From the NCBI GenBank assembly GCA_030141605.1, contig JAQGDQ010002063.1, forward strand, positions 1-16,135: a stretch of DNA of 16,135 nucleotides, given 5' to 3'. The stretch comes from Tubiluchus corallicola (taxonomy: Eukaryota > Animalia > Priapulida). Below are positions 1 through 12,700 of the stretch, in pieces; position 1 is the stretch's first letter; each line of letters opens with the position of its first letter. The position numbers and the translations under genes are program-made. The notes under the pieces were generated by a model that was given only the letters and a program-made list of their open reading frames with translations, ran no database searches and was not told where the DNA came from.

Positions 1-1
1 A

Positions 2-52
2 TCAGGCTTAGAATATGCACTAAGTAACATTATAAGATCCTTATACAACTAA
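2..52 (+). CDS. possible 3' end of a gene entering from the left edge (SGLEYALSNIIRSLYN*)
   Basis: Frame +2 is open from the window edge to TAA at 50-52 with plausible AT-rich codons. Only 16 codons are visible, and a minus-strand start (ATG at 30, MLLSAYSKPD...) is an alternative. Confidence 0.2.
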   Translation, partial: SGLEYALSNIIRSLYN

Positions 53-125
53 AGCTAGTTCAATTAGATAATAGGTGTCTTTAAAAAATGTAATTATTTT
101 GTAAAAATTTTTAAATTTAAAAAGT

Positions 126-153
126 AAACCTAATCTATATGCTCAGTAGGTTT
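126..153. terminator. weak hairpin, possible terminator
   Basis: AAACCTA (126-132) pairs with TAGGTTT (147-153) around a 14-nt loop, with AT-rich flanks. The stem is short and AT-rich. Confidence 0.2.
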
Positions 154-687
154 CTATTAATATAAATTTTCTATAGATGCTCTATTTTTAAATGCATAAA
201 TAGCTGTTTCATTTTTTTATTAATGTGGTTTTCATTTCGATTTTAACGTTATAGTTTCCCACTAATAAACACAGTGACTTGAATAAAGAATTATTTACTT
301 TAAACTTTATAATAGATAACATCAATAATTTATTACTAGTAAGATTCATTTAACTGAAGTGCTTATCCATATATTGATTTTATATGATGCTTTAACTTTT
401 GTAATTATATCTTTAGTTTATATTTAAAATTTAAATTTACCCCCTTGTGATGATTTAGACGTGTTTATATCTTTCATGAGATATTTTTTATGAAATATTT
501 ATTTTCCTTTAGATGATATTCTATTAATAATACTTTTATTTTTGACATTGTTTATTGCTTTATAATACTAAATCGCTACTAAATTATTTATTTAATATTT
601 TACTAGAAAAATTTATTTACATTACACAAAATCTTTTATAAATTCTTAAAAATACTACTAATATCATATTAATTTCACATAACTAAT

Positions 688-721
688 AAAAAAAGATCCC
701 TATATATTTCATAGGGATCTT
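688..721 (-). terminator. Rho-independent terminator of the giant gene
   Basis: Perfect 11-bp stem AAGATCCCTAT (693-703) / ATAGGGATCTT (711-721) with a 7-nt loop. The A7 at 688-694 gives a U-tract on the minus strand. It begins 7 nt after the TAA stop (729-731). Confidence 0.9.
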
Positions 722-728
722 AACTTAT

Positions 729-3700
729 TTAGTATCTAACATCAATATTCTTAGCTTTACTATCTCCAAGTAGTTTTCTTAATTCATCTCTAACATTTTC
801 AGCTCTTCTCTTTCCTAAGTCAATATTATAATCACTTGGCGCTCTTCCATCAGTATTTCCAACTATTGTAACTACACCTTTATCATATTTACTTAGCTCA
901 TCAGCTATCTTTCTTAGAGATCCTATTTGATCAGATCTAATTATATCACTATCTGTATCAAAGAATACTTCTCCAACTTCTATTTCTATTACTGTTTCCT
1001 TCTTTCTCATTTCCCTTTGAGGGTATTTTACACCAAAGTTAAATTCTTCTACTATGTGCCCTAGTCTCTTAACTCTTGGGTTTTCTGTTGTGAAGTAACT
1101 ATTTTGTGGAAGTGTCATTGGATCTACCTTCACTATGTAGTTTTCACCTGCTTTTGGTAAGTCATGGCAATCCTCTATGTGGTATCTTCCATAGGCATCT
1201 GTTTCTATTAATAACCCTTCAACTGTCGCTAACCTTACTCCTGGCAATCCTCTTTCTTCAACTCCGTTATTAGCTATTGTTATTACTTCTTCTAAAGCCC
1301 TATCTGTGTTTGGTATTAATTTTATATCGTCTTTTCTTATATCATACCAAATCTCTATTTCTGTTCTTCTATTAAGCTGCATGTTTTCTGGCTTGTCATT
1401 TGGTGCCACTGGCTCATCTGGACCTCTACCTTCTTGCTGGATTTTACTTGGAGGCAAGCTTAACTTTTGTCCTAGATATTCTCCAACTTGCCTTGCTCTA
1501 TCTTCTGATAACTCATAGTTATCTGCATATCTCTTCTTAGCATTTGCACTTAATCTTTGGCTATCTGTATGGCCTACTAAATGCAATCTTAAGTTTTCTT
1601 TATCGCTAAGTTGAGATAACACTTGCTCTAGTTTATTTAATTCTTCAACTCTTATATCTGCATAACCTGAATCAAAATAAACTGGTGCTATTATATTTTT
1701 TAATTTTACTGTTTCTATTTTTATGTCATGAACTTCCTTTGTTGCTGGACCTGATTCAAATACTTCTCTTGTTATTGATATGTCTTCTCCTGTCATTCCT
1801 CTTGATTTTTGACCTTTGTGATCTTCTATGACATTTCCATTTGCTGTTAAAGTGACTTTAGTTCCACCTTTTGTTGTAATAGTTATATCCTCTAAATCAT
1901 CTAAAGTATCTATTGGTCTTCTTATTACTATTTTAGCTGGGTCGCTTCCTCTAGTCTTCTTACCTGGTAGCTTCAACCCTGATATATTAGACACATCTTC
2001 TAAGAGTACTTCTTCATTTGATTTGTCATAAGTTATTGTGCTTCCTTCATATCTTGAGCTTAAGCCTAACACTGATAGTCCTGTTGCTTCTGCTTTATCT
2101 TGCCACCCATCTTCATCTATGTCGTGCCACACTTTACCTATTACAAAGCTATCACATGCAAATAAACTGTCATTTACATATACTTTTTCCTCTGCTTTAT
2201 TTGATAACTCATTTCCATCTTCATCTGTTACTACTGCTATATTCTTGTACTCTCCTTCTACTACTCCTACTCCTACCTTTAAATTATAGGTGATTTCCAC
2301 TGTTTCATCTACTTCTAAGTCAAATGGCCCTATTATTATTGGCCTTGTTCCTGTTACATCTATGTCTTCTTTTTCGCCATTTCTTATTAATTTAGCTGAA
2401 TTTTCAATGTAAATAAATCCTGCTGGTATAGTATCCTCAACATAAAGATCTTCAACATATACACCCATTAAATTCTCTATTGTTAATGTATAAGGAACTA
2501 TATCTCCTACTAATACATCTTCCTTTGGAGTGTTTTTCTCTATTTTGATTTCTCCTGTTGTCTCTATCACTGTACACTTAGGATCTGGCTCTATACATCT
2601 TTCCTCTGGAGTTGTTCCATCATCTGTTACTACATTTATTATTTCTGTTATATCAGATGGAAGTGGGTCTAACACTGTTAATTCATAAGTTATTGTCACT
2701 GTTTCCCCTGGATTAATCTCATCTAATATTAAGCCATCATTTGTTTCAGTATAAATTATTGTATCTGGTAATACTGATAAACCTCCTATTGAATCTATAC
2801 CTAAGGCATTTAGTTCTTCATCTGTTTTAGATAATAAACTATCTTTTATCTCTACACTTTGAGCTTTATAACTTGAATTATTTGTTACTTTTATTGTGTA
2901 AGTTAGTACTTCTCCTGCTTCTGCTATTTCATCTCCATCATCTGTTACTGATTTTTCTGTTGTTAAGTCTGCTGGATCTGTTATTTCTACTACTACATCT
3001 TCCTTGTCTGTTACTTCCCTTGATGGATCTGTACTATCTGTTCCATTGGCTGTTGCTTCATTATGTACAAAACCATTTTCTATATCTTCTTCTTGTACAA
3101 CATAAGTTACTGGGCCACATTCCATTGATTCTAAAGGCCTCAAAGTAGTTTTTGGACAAGATAGTGGATCTGGACTTATTAGAGGGTCTATTACTTCTAC
3201 ATTTACTAAAGTTACATCTCCTGTGTTTGTTACTAATAATAAGTACTCTAATTCCTCTCCTACCTCTATTAAACCGTCATTATCTGCTTCTATATGCCCT
3301 GTATACAATTTACTTAAGTCTATTGATGGGGATTTTTCATCTGGATTTTTAGGATCCTCTGGAGTACCTGTGGCACTGTCTTTATCCTCTACTCTTTCTC
3401 CTGTTTCACTATCTGTACCGCTTCCCACTGCTTCATTTAATACTTTTCCATTTTCTACATCTATTTCATCTAATGTGTAGCTTCCTGTACATGTTATAGA
3501 GTCTCCTGGGTCTAAATCAGCTGGAGTAGACGGGTTACAGCTTAGCGGCACTCTTATGTTTCCATCGTCTCTTACAATTTCATCTGTTACCTCTACACCT
3601 AATATTATTACATCACTTACATTTGTTGTTACTATACTGTAGTGTAAAGTGTCTCCCTCTGTTAAGCTATCGCTATTGTCATTGTCATCATAGCTTACTA

Positions 3701-6700
3701 TAGACTTCATTACTGATAGATCTCCCTCTGTTGTTGGAGTCTCCTTTGTTGGCACTTCCTCTGTGTCTGTTCCTGTTTCTTTTTCTCCATCTGGATTTGT
3801 TCCTTCTACTGTTGCTGTATTTACTACACTTCCGCTGCTTACATCTTCATCTGTCACTTCATAAATTCCTATACATTCCATTGATTCCTGTGGTTTCAAA
3901 GTGCTTCCTGATACTGGAGTACAATCTGTTAGCACTCCTCCTAACATTGGATCTGTTATGGTTACATCTCTTAAGTCCACTGTACCTGTGTTTGTGGCTA
4001 CTAAGGTATAAGTAATTGTGTCTCCTACTTGGACATTTGATCCTGGGTTTGCTACTTTATTTAAATCAATTTCACCTTCTTCTGGACATGCTGTTTCTAT
4101 TGTTTCATTTTCATCTACAACTAGTTTTACTTCATTTAAGAAGCCTGTTCCTTGTTCATTTTGTTCTATCTGACAATCTGCCTCTTCACCTATAAATATT
4201 TCTGTGTCTACTGTTCCTTCTACTTTACCTACAAATGACTCTGTATCTCCTGGTAGTATTGGCTCATTTGTTACTATGGTAATTTCTTCCCCTGGCACTA
4301 AAGTTATTGGCAAGTCTGAATCTGATATTGTTGTTACATTTAAGGTTTTACTCACTATTGAGGCATTTGTTATTTCTAAGCCGTTTCCATATCTTAATTG
4401 GTCACTTAAATCATAAGTTCTTTCTTCTTCTCCATTATTTTGTACATCTATTCTGTATTCTACTTCAAACCTATTATCAACTATTTCTGGACCACTTATA
4501 ATTACTTTTTCTAAGAATATATTATCTTTTTCTGGGGTTTCTGGATCTATTGGCTTACATGCCTCTGACTTATCTCCTTCTTCTCCGTCTATCTCCACTG
4601 TTGCTTCATTTAAGAAGCCTGTGCCACTTTCTCCACCTTCTAAATCACAATCCCCACTATTATTTGTTATTTCATCACTATCAAATGTTCCTGTTACTAC
4701 TACTATGTAGGTATGCACTTCTCCTTGATTTATTGTTTCCCCTGTTACTATAGTTAGCTCGCTAGATAGGTCATCACCTGGCTCTTCAAATATTAGATCT
4801 GATGATAGTCTATCTGATTTTACCACTACTTTTTCTGGAGTGATTCCTCCTCCATATTTTAATGTATCTATCAAATCATAGCTTGTTGCTTCTCCTGAGT
4901 TTTCTACTTTTATTTCGTAAGTTATTGAGAAATTTCCATCCTCTGATAATACTAGATCTCCCACTACTACTTTGTCCACTGATACATCTTCTGGACATGC
5001 TGTTTCTATCACTACATTCTCATCCACAGTTAATTCTACTTCATTTAAGAACCCTGTTCCTTGTTCATTTTCTTCTATCTGACAATCTGCCTCTTCACCT
5101 GTGAATATATCTGTATCCACTGTTCCTGATACTCTTATATCAAAGGTTTCTGTTTCTCCCGCTTCTATTTCTTCACCTACTACTATTTCACTTTTACTTC
5201 CTGGATCTAGACCCACTGGTGGTGTCACACCTGTTACATTATTACTTACATTTATTACTTGTGATGAATTTATTACTAAACCTTTTCCGTATTTTAGTTC
5301 ATCACTTAAGTCATAATTTGCTCTTTCTTCTCCATTATTTGTTACTCTTATTTGGTAATCTATTACAAAGTTATTTCCTGTTATGTCTGGACCACTTACT
5401 ACTATTTTTTCTAAGAATATATTATTATTTTCTGGAGTTTCTGGGTCTATTGGCTTACATGCTGTGTCTGTTGAATCTCCACCATCTATTTCCACTGTTG
5501 CTTCATTTAAGAACCCTGTGCCACTTTCTCCACCTTCTAAATCACAGTCTCCACCATCTGTTGTGATTTCATCTGATTCAAATGTTCCTGTTACTACTAC
5601 TATGTAGGTGTGCACTTCTCCTTGATTTATTGTTTCCCCTGTTACTATAGTTAGCTCACTAGTTAGGTCATCACCTGGTTCTTCAAATATTAGATCTGAT
5701 GATAATCTATCTGATTTTACCACTACTTTTTCTGGAGTGATTCCTCCTCCATATTTTAAGGTGTCTTTTAGGTCATAGCTTGTTGCTTCTCCTGAGTTTT
5801 CTACTTTTATTTCGTAAGTTATTGAGAAATTTCCATCTTCTGATAATACTAGATCTCCCACTACTACTTTGTCCACTGATACATCTTCTGGACATGCTGT
5901 TTCTATTACTACATTCTCATCCACTGTTAACTCTACTTCATTTAAGAAGCCTGTTCCTTGTTCATTTTCTTCTATCTGACAATCTGCCTCTTCACCTGTG
6001 AATATATCTGTATCCACTGTTCCTGATACTCTTATATCAAAGGTTTCTGTTTCTCCTGCTTCTATTTCTTCACCTACTACTATTTCACTTTTACTTCCTG
6101 GATTTAGATCCACTGGTGGTGTCACACCTGTTACATTACTACTTACATTTATTACTTGTGATGAATTTATTACTAAACCTTTTCCGTATTTTAGTTCATC
6201 ACTTAAATCATAATTTGCTCTTTCTTCTCCATTATTTGTTACTCTTATTTGATAATCTATCACAAAGCTATTTCCTGTTATGTCTGGACCACTTACTACT
6301 ATTTTTTCTAAGAATATATTATTATTTTCTGGAGTTTCTGGGTCTATTGGCTTACATGCTGTGTCTGTTGAATCTCCACCATCTATTTCCACTGTTGCTT
6401 CATTTAAGAACCCTGTGCCACTTTCTCCACCTTCTAAATCACAGTCTCCACCATCTGTTGTGATTTCATCTGATTCAAATGTTCCTGTTACTACTACTAT
6501 GTAGGTGTGCACTTCTCCTTGATTTATTGTTTCCCCTGTTACTATAGTTAGCTCACTAGTTAGGTCATCACCTGGTTCTTCAAATATTAGATCTGATGAT
6601 AATCTATCTGATTTTACCACTACTTTTTCTGGAGTGATTCCTCCTCCATATTTTAAGGTGTCTTTTAGGTCATAGCTTGTTGCTTCTCCTGAGTTTTCTA

Positions 6701-9700
6701 CTTTTATTTCGTAAGTTATTGAGAAATTTCCATCTTCTGATAATACTAGATCTCCCACTACTACTTTGTCCACTGATACATCTTCTGGACATGCTGTTTC
6801 TATTACTACATTCTCATCCACTGTTAATTCTGTTTCATTTAAGAAGCCTGTTCCTTGTTCATTTTCTTCTATCTGACAATCTGCCTCTTCACCTGTGAAT
6901 ATATCAGTATCTACTGTTCCTGATACTCTTATATCAAAGGTTTCTGTTTCTCCTGCTTCTATCTCTTCACCTACTACTATTTCACTTTTACTTCCTGGAT
7001 TTAGATCCACTGGTGGTGTCACACCTGTTACATTACTACTTACATTTATTACTTGTGATGAATTTATTACTAAACCTTTTCCGTATTTTAGTTCATCACT
7101 TAAATCATAATTTGCTCTTTCTTCTCCATTATTTGTTACTCTTATTTGATAATCTATCACAAAGCTATTTCCTGTTATGTCTGGACCACTTACTACTATT
7201 TTTTCTAAGAATATATTATTATTTTCTGGAGTTTCTGGGTCTATTGGCTTACATGCTGTGTCTGTTGAATCTCCACCATCTATTTCCACTGTTGCTTCAT
7301 TTAAGAACCCTGTGCCACTTTCTCCACCTTCTAAATCACAGTCTCCACCATCTGTTGTGATTTCATCTGATTCAAATGTTCCTGTTACTACTACTATGTA
7401 AGTATGCACTTCTCCTTGATTTATTGTTTCCCCTGTTACTATAGTTAGCTCACTAGTTAGGTCATCACCTGGTTCTTCAAATATTAGATCTGATGATAAT
7501 CTATCTGATTTTACCACTACTTTTTCTGGAGTGATTCCTCCTCCATATTTTAAGGTGTCTTTTAGGTCATAGCTTGTTGCTTCTCCTGAGTTTTCTACTT
7601 TTATTTCGTAAGTTATTGAGAAATTTCCATCTTCTGATAATACTAGATCTCCCACTACTACTTTGTCCACTGATACATCTTCTGGACATGCTGTTTCTAT
7701 TACTACATTCTCATCCACTGTTAATTCTGTTTCATTTAAGAAGCCTGTTCCTTGTTCATTTTCTTCTATCTGACAATCTGCCTCTTCACCTGTGAATATA
7801 TCAGTATCCACTGTTCCTGATACTCTTATATCAAAGGTTTCTGTTTCTCCTGCTTCTATTTCTTCACCTACTACTATTTCACTTTTACTTCCTGGATTTA
7901 GATCCACTGGTGGTGTCACACCTGTTACATTACTACTTACATTTATTACTTGTGATGAATTTATTACTAAACCTTTTCCGTATTTTAGTTCATCACTTAA
8001 ATCATAATTTGCTCTTTCTTCTCCATTATTTGTTACTCTTATTTGATAATCTATCACAAAGCTATTTCCTGTTATGTCTGGACCACTTACTACTATTTTT
8101 TCTAAGAATATATTATTATTTTCTGGAGTTTCTGGGTCTATTGGCTTACATGCTGTGTCTGTTGAATCTCCACCATCTATTTCCACTGTTGCTTCATTTA
8201 AGAACCCTGTGCCACTTTCTCCACCTTCTAAATCACAGTCTCCACCATCTGTTGTGATTTCATCTGATTCAAATGTTCCTGTTACTACTACTATGTAAGT
8301 ATGCACTTCTCCTTGATTTATTGTTTCCCCTGTTACTATAGTTAGCTCACTAGTTAGGTCATCACCTGGTTCTTCAAATATTAGATCTGATGATAATCTA
8401 TCTGATTTTACCACTACTTTTTCTGGAGTGATTCCTCCTCCATATTTTAAGGTGTCTTTTAGGTCATAGCTTGTTGCTTCTCCTGAGTTTTCTACTTTTA
8501 TTTCGTAAGTTATTGAGAAATTTCCATCTTCTGATAATACTAGATCTCCCACTACTACTTTGTCCACTGATACATCTTCTGGACATGCTGTTTCTATTAC
8601 TACATTCTCATCCACTGTTAATTCTGTTTCATTTAAGAAGCCTGTTCCTTGTTCATTTTCTTCTATCTGACAATCTGCCTCTTCACCTGTGAATATATCT
8701 GTATCCACTGTTCCTGATACTCTTATATCAAATGTCTCTGTATCTCCTACCTCTATCTCTTCACCTACTACTATTTCACTTTTACTTCCTGGATTTAGAT
8801 CCACTGGTGGTGTCACACCTGTTACATTACTACTTACATTTATTACTTGTGATGAATTTATTACTAAACCTTTTCCGTATTTTAGTTCATCACTTAAATC
8901 ATAATTTGCTCTTTCTTCTCCATTATTTGTTACTCTTATTTGATAATCTATTACAAAGCTATTTCCTGTTATGTCTGGACCACTTACTACTACTTTTTCT
9001 AAGAATATATTATTATTTTCTGGAGTTTCTGGGTCTATTGGCTTACACGCTTCTGAGTTATCTACTGGTTCTCCATCTATTTCCACTGTTGCCTCATTTA
9101 AAAATCCTGTGCCACTTTCTCCACCTTCTAAATCACAGTCTCCACCATCTGTTGTGATTTCCTCTGATTCAAATGTTCCTGTTACTACTACTATGTAAGT
9201 GTGCACTTCTCCTTGATTTATTGTTTCCTCTGTTACTATAGTTAGCTCACTAGTTAGGTCATCACCTGGTTCTTCAAATATTAGATCTGATGATAATCTA
9301 TCTGATTTTATCACTGCTTTTTCTGGAGTGATTCCTCCTCCATATTTTAAGGTATCCTTTAAGTCATAGCTTGTTGCTTCTCCTGAGTTTTCTACTTCTA
9401 TTTCGTAAGTTATTGAGAAATTTCCATCTTCTGATAATACTAAGTCTCCTACTACTGTTTTTTTCACTGTTACTTCTTCTGGACATACTGTTTCTATTAC
9501 TACATTCTCATCCACTGTTAATTCTGTTTCATTTAAGAAGCCTGTTCCTTGTTCATTTTCTTCTATCTGACAATCTGCCTCTTCACCTGTGAATATATCT
9601 GTATCCACTGTTCCTGATACTCTTATATCAAATGTCTCTGTATCTCCTGCTTCTATTTCTTCACCTACTACTATTTCACTTTTACTTCCTGGATTTAGAT

Positions 9701-12700
9701 CCACTGGTGGTGTCACACCTGTTACATTACTACTTACATTTATTACTTGTGATGAATTTATTACTAAACCTTTTCCGTATTTTAGTTCATCACTTAAGTC
9801 ATAACTTGCTCTTTCTTCTCCATTATTTGTTACTCTTATTTGATAATCTATTACAAAGTTATTTCCTGTTATGTCTGGACCACTTACTACTATTTTTTCT
9901 AAAAATATATTATTTGCTGGTGGATCTACTGGATCTATTGGCTTACACGCTTCTGAGTTATCTACTGGTTCTCCATCTATTTCCACTGTTGCCTCATTTA
10001 AAAATCCTGTGCCACTTTCTCCACCTTCTAAATCACAGTCTCCACCATCTGTTGTGATTTCATCTGATTCAAATGTTCCTGTTACTACTACTATGTAAGT
10101 ATGCACTTCTCCTTGATTTATTGTTTCCTCTGTTACTATAGTTAGCTCACTAGTTAGGTCATCACCTGGTTCTTCAAATATTAGATCTGATGATAATCTA
10201 TCTGATTTTATCACTGCTTTTTCTGGAGTGATCCCTCCTCCATATTTTAAGGTATCCTTTAAGTCATAGCTTGTTGCTTCTCCTGAGTTTTCTACTTCTA
10301 TTTCGTAAGTTATTGAGAAATTTCCATCTTCTGATAATACTAAGTCGCCTACTACTGTTTTTTTCACTGTTACTTCTTCTGGACATACTGTTTCTATTAC
10401 TACATTCTCATCCACTGTTAATTCTGTTTCATTTAAGAAGCCTGTTCCTTGTTCATTTTCTTCTATCTGACAATCTGCTTCTTCACCTGTGAATATATCT
10501 GTATCCACTGTTCCTGATACTCTTATATCAAATGTCTCTGTATCTCCTACCTCTATCTCTTCACCTACTACTATTTCACTTTTACTTCCTGGATTTAGAT
10601 CCACTGGTGGTGTCACACCTGTTACATTACTACTTACATTTATTACTTGTGATGAGCTTACTACTAAACCTTTTCCGTATTTTAGTTCATCACTTAAGTC
10701 ATAACTTGCTCTTTCTTCTCCATTATTTGTTACTCTTATTTGATAATCTATTACAAAGTTATTTCCTGTTATGTCTGGACCACTTACTACTATTTTTTCT
10801 AAAAATATATTATTTGCTGGTGGATCTACTGGATCTATTGGCTTACACGCTTCTGAGTTATCTACTTCTTCTCCATCTATTTCCACTGTTGCCTCATTTA
10901 AGAAACCTGTGCCACCTGTTCCTGTATCTAAATCACAGTCTCCACTATTATCTGTTATTTCATCACTATCAAATGTACCTGTTACTACTACTATATAGGT
11001 ATGTACTTCTCCTTGATTTATTGTTTCCTCTGTTACTATAGTTAGCTCGCTAGTTAGGTCATCACCTGGTTCTTCAAATATTAGATCTGATGATAATCTA
11101 TCTGATTTTATCACTGCTTTTTCTGGAGTGATTCCTCCTCCATATTTTAAGGTATCCTTTAAGTCATAGCTTGTTGCTTCTCCTGAGTTTTCTACTTTTA
11201 TTTCGTAAGTTATTGAGAAATTTCCATCTTCTGATAATACTAAGTCCCCTACTACTGTTTTTTCCACTGTTACTTCTTCTGGACATGCTGTTTCTATTAC
11301 TACATTATCATTTACTGTTAATTCTGTTTCATTTAAGAAGCCTGTTCCTTGTTCATTTCCTTCTATCTGACAATCTGCTTCTTCTCCTGTAAATAGATCT
11401 GTATCTACTGTTCCTGTTACTCTTATATCAAATGTTTCTGTTGCTCCTACTTCTATTGGCTCATCTGATACTATTTCTACTGGTGCGCTTGTTGACAAGT
11501 TTACTGGTAGATTTACAGTAGTTACATTGGCACTTGCTGCTGTTACTTGGGCAGTAGTTACTGTTAAGCCTTGACCATACTTTAATTGATCTGATAGATC
11601 ATAATTATCTTCCAATTCTCCATTATTTGTTACTCTTATTTGATAATCTATTACAAAGTTATTTCCTGTTATATCTGGACCATTTGATACTACTTTTTCT
11701 ATAAATACATTACCTTGTGATGGATCTGTTGGATCTATTGGTTCACAGACTTCATCTGTTATTTCTTCTCCATCTACTGTTATCTTCGCTTCATTTAAGA
11801 ACCCTGTTCCTTCTTCTCCATCTATTAAGTTACAATCTCCATCTTCTGAGCTTATTGTGTCTGTATCATAAGTTCCTGTTACTACTATGGTATATGTATG
11901 AGTTACTCCTCCTGCTATTGTATGATTTGTTTGAATTACTAATGGTAAACTTAAATCATCTGCTGGAGTTTCAAATGATAAGCTGGCACTTAATTCATCT
12001 GAATTTACTACTACTTTTTCTGGAGTTATTCCTCCTCCATATTTTAAGGTATCTTCTAAGTCATAACTTGTGTCTTCTGCTCCTAGATTCACTACTTCTA
12101 TTTCGTAAGTTATTGAAAAATTACCATCTTCTGATAATACTGGATCTCCTACTGTTGTTTTCTCTATCGCTATAGGACTAAGTTTTATTTGATAATCTTC
12201 TACCTCTCCATTTGAGGCAGCGCCTGTAAGACTATTACAATCTCCTGCTGTTGTACAATATCTAAATCTTGCAAAGGTATTACCTCCTATTGCAGTATCT
12301 GGTACAACTATATCTAATGTTCCACTATCAGTATAAGATACCTCATCTGCTATATGTTCTCCTTCATCACTAAAATCTCCATCACCATTAAAGTCAATCC
12401 ATGCATTTAATAATCCACCTGATCCTGATATATCTACATTCAAAGTATTGGTTTCACCTATAATCAATGCTTGGTCTTGTAATGATACGCCATTTATTGT
12501 TACTCCATCATCACCGTCATCATCTGTTGCATCTCCATTATCATCTATTCCATCTACAAATCCATCTGTATCATTTGTTATACTACTACCTAAAAAGTTA
12601 GTAGTATCATTTCCATGTCTTGGACCATCATCTGTAAGTAATGTCCCATAACTTTCTGGGGCATCCCCAGCATCAAAATCTACACTCGCTAATACACATC

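Noticed and set aside
209-349. 46-codon minus-strand ORF (MNLTSNKLL...TTLIKK) and neighbouring short frames, a possible pseudogene
   Set aside because: No SD and no recognisable similarity, so it cannot be distinguished from chance.
542-566. Perfect TTGACA (542-547) and TATAAT (561-566) on the plus strand, a possible antisense promoter
   Set aside because: The spacer is 13 bp, too short for sigma70 (16-18 bp), and there is no extended -10 TG.
4077-12176. Tandem array read as CRISPR or a mobile element
   Set aside because: The units are ~900 bp, in frame and have no spacers. No transposase, terminal repeats or cas genes are present.
1306-12651. Several dozen plus-strand ORFs of 64-169 aa, rich in Leu/His or Ser
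   Set aside because: They are antisense shadows of the Glu/Asp/Val/Gly-rich main gene. They recur with the 897/900-bp period and have low-complexity composition.
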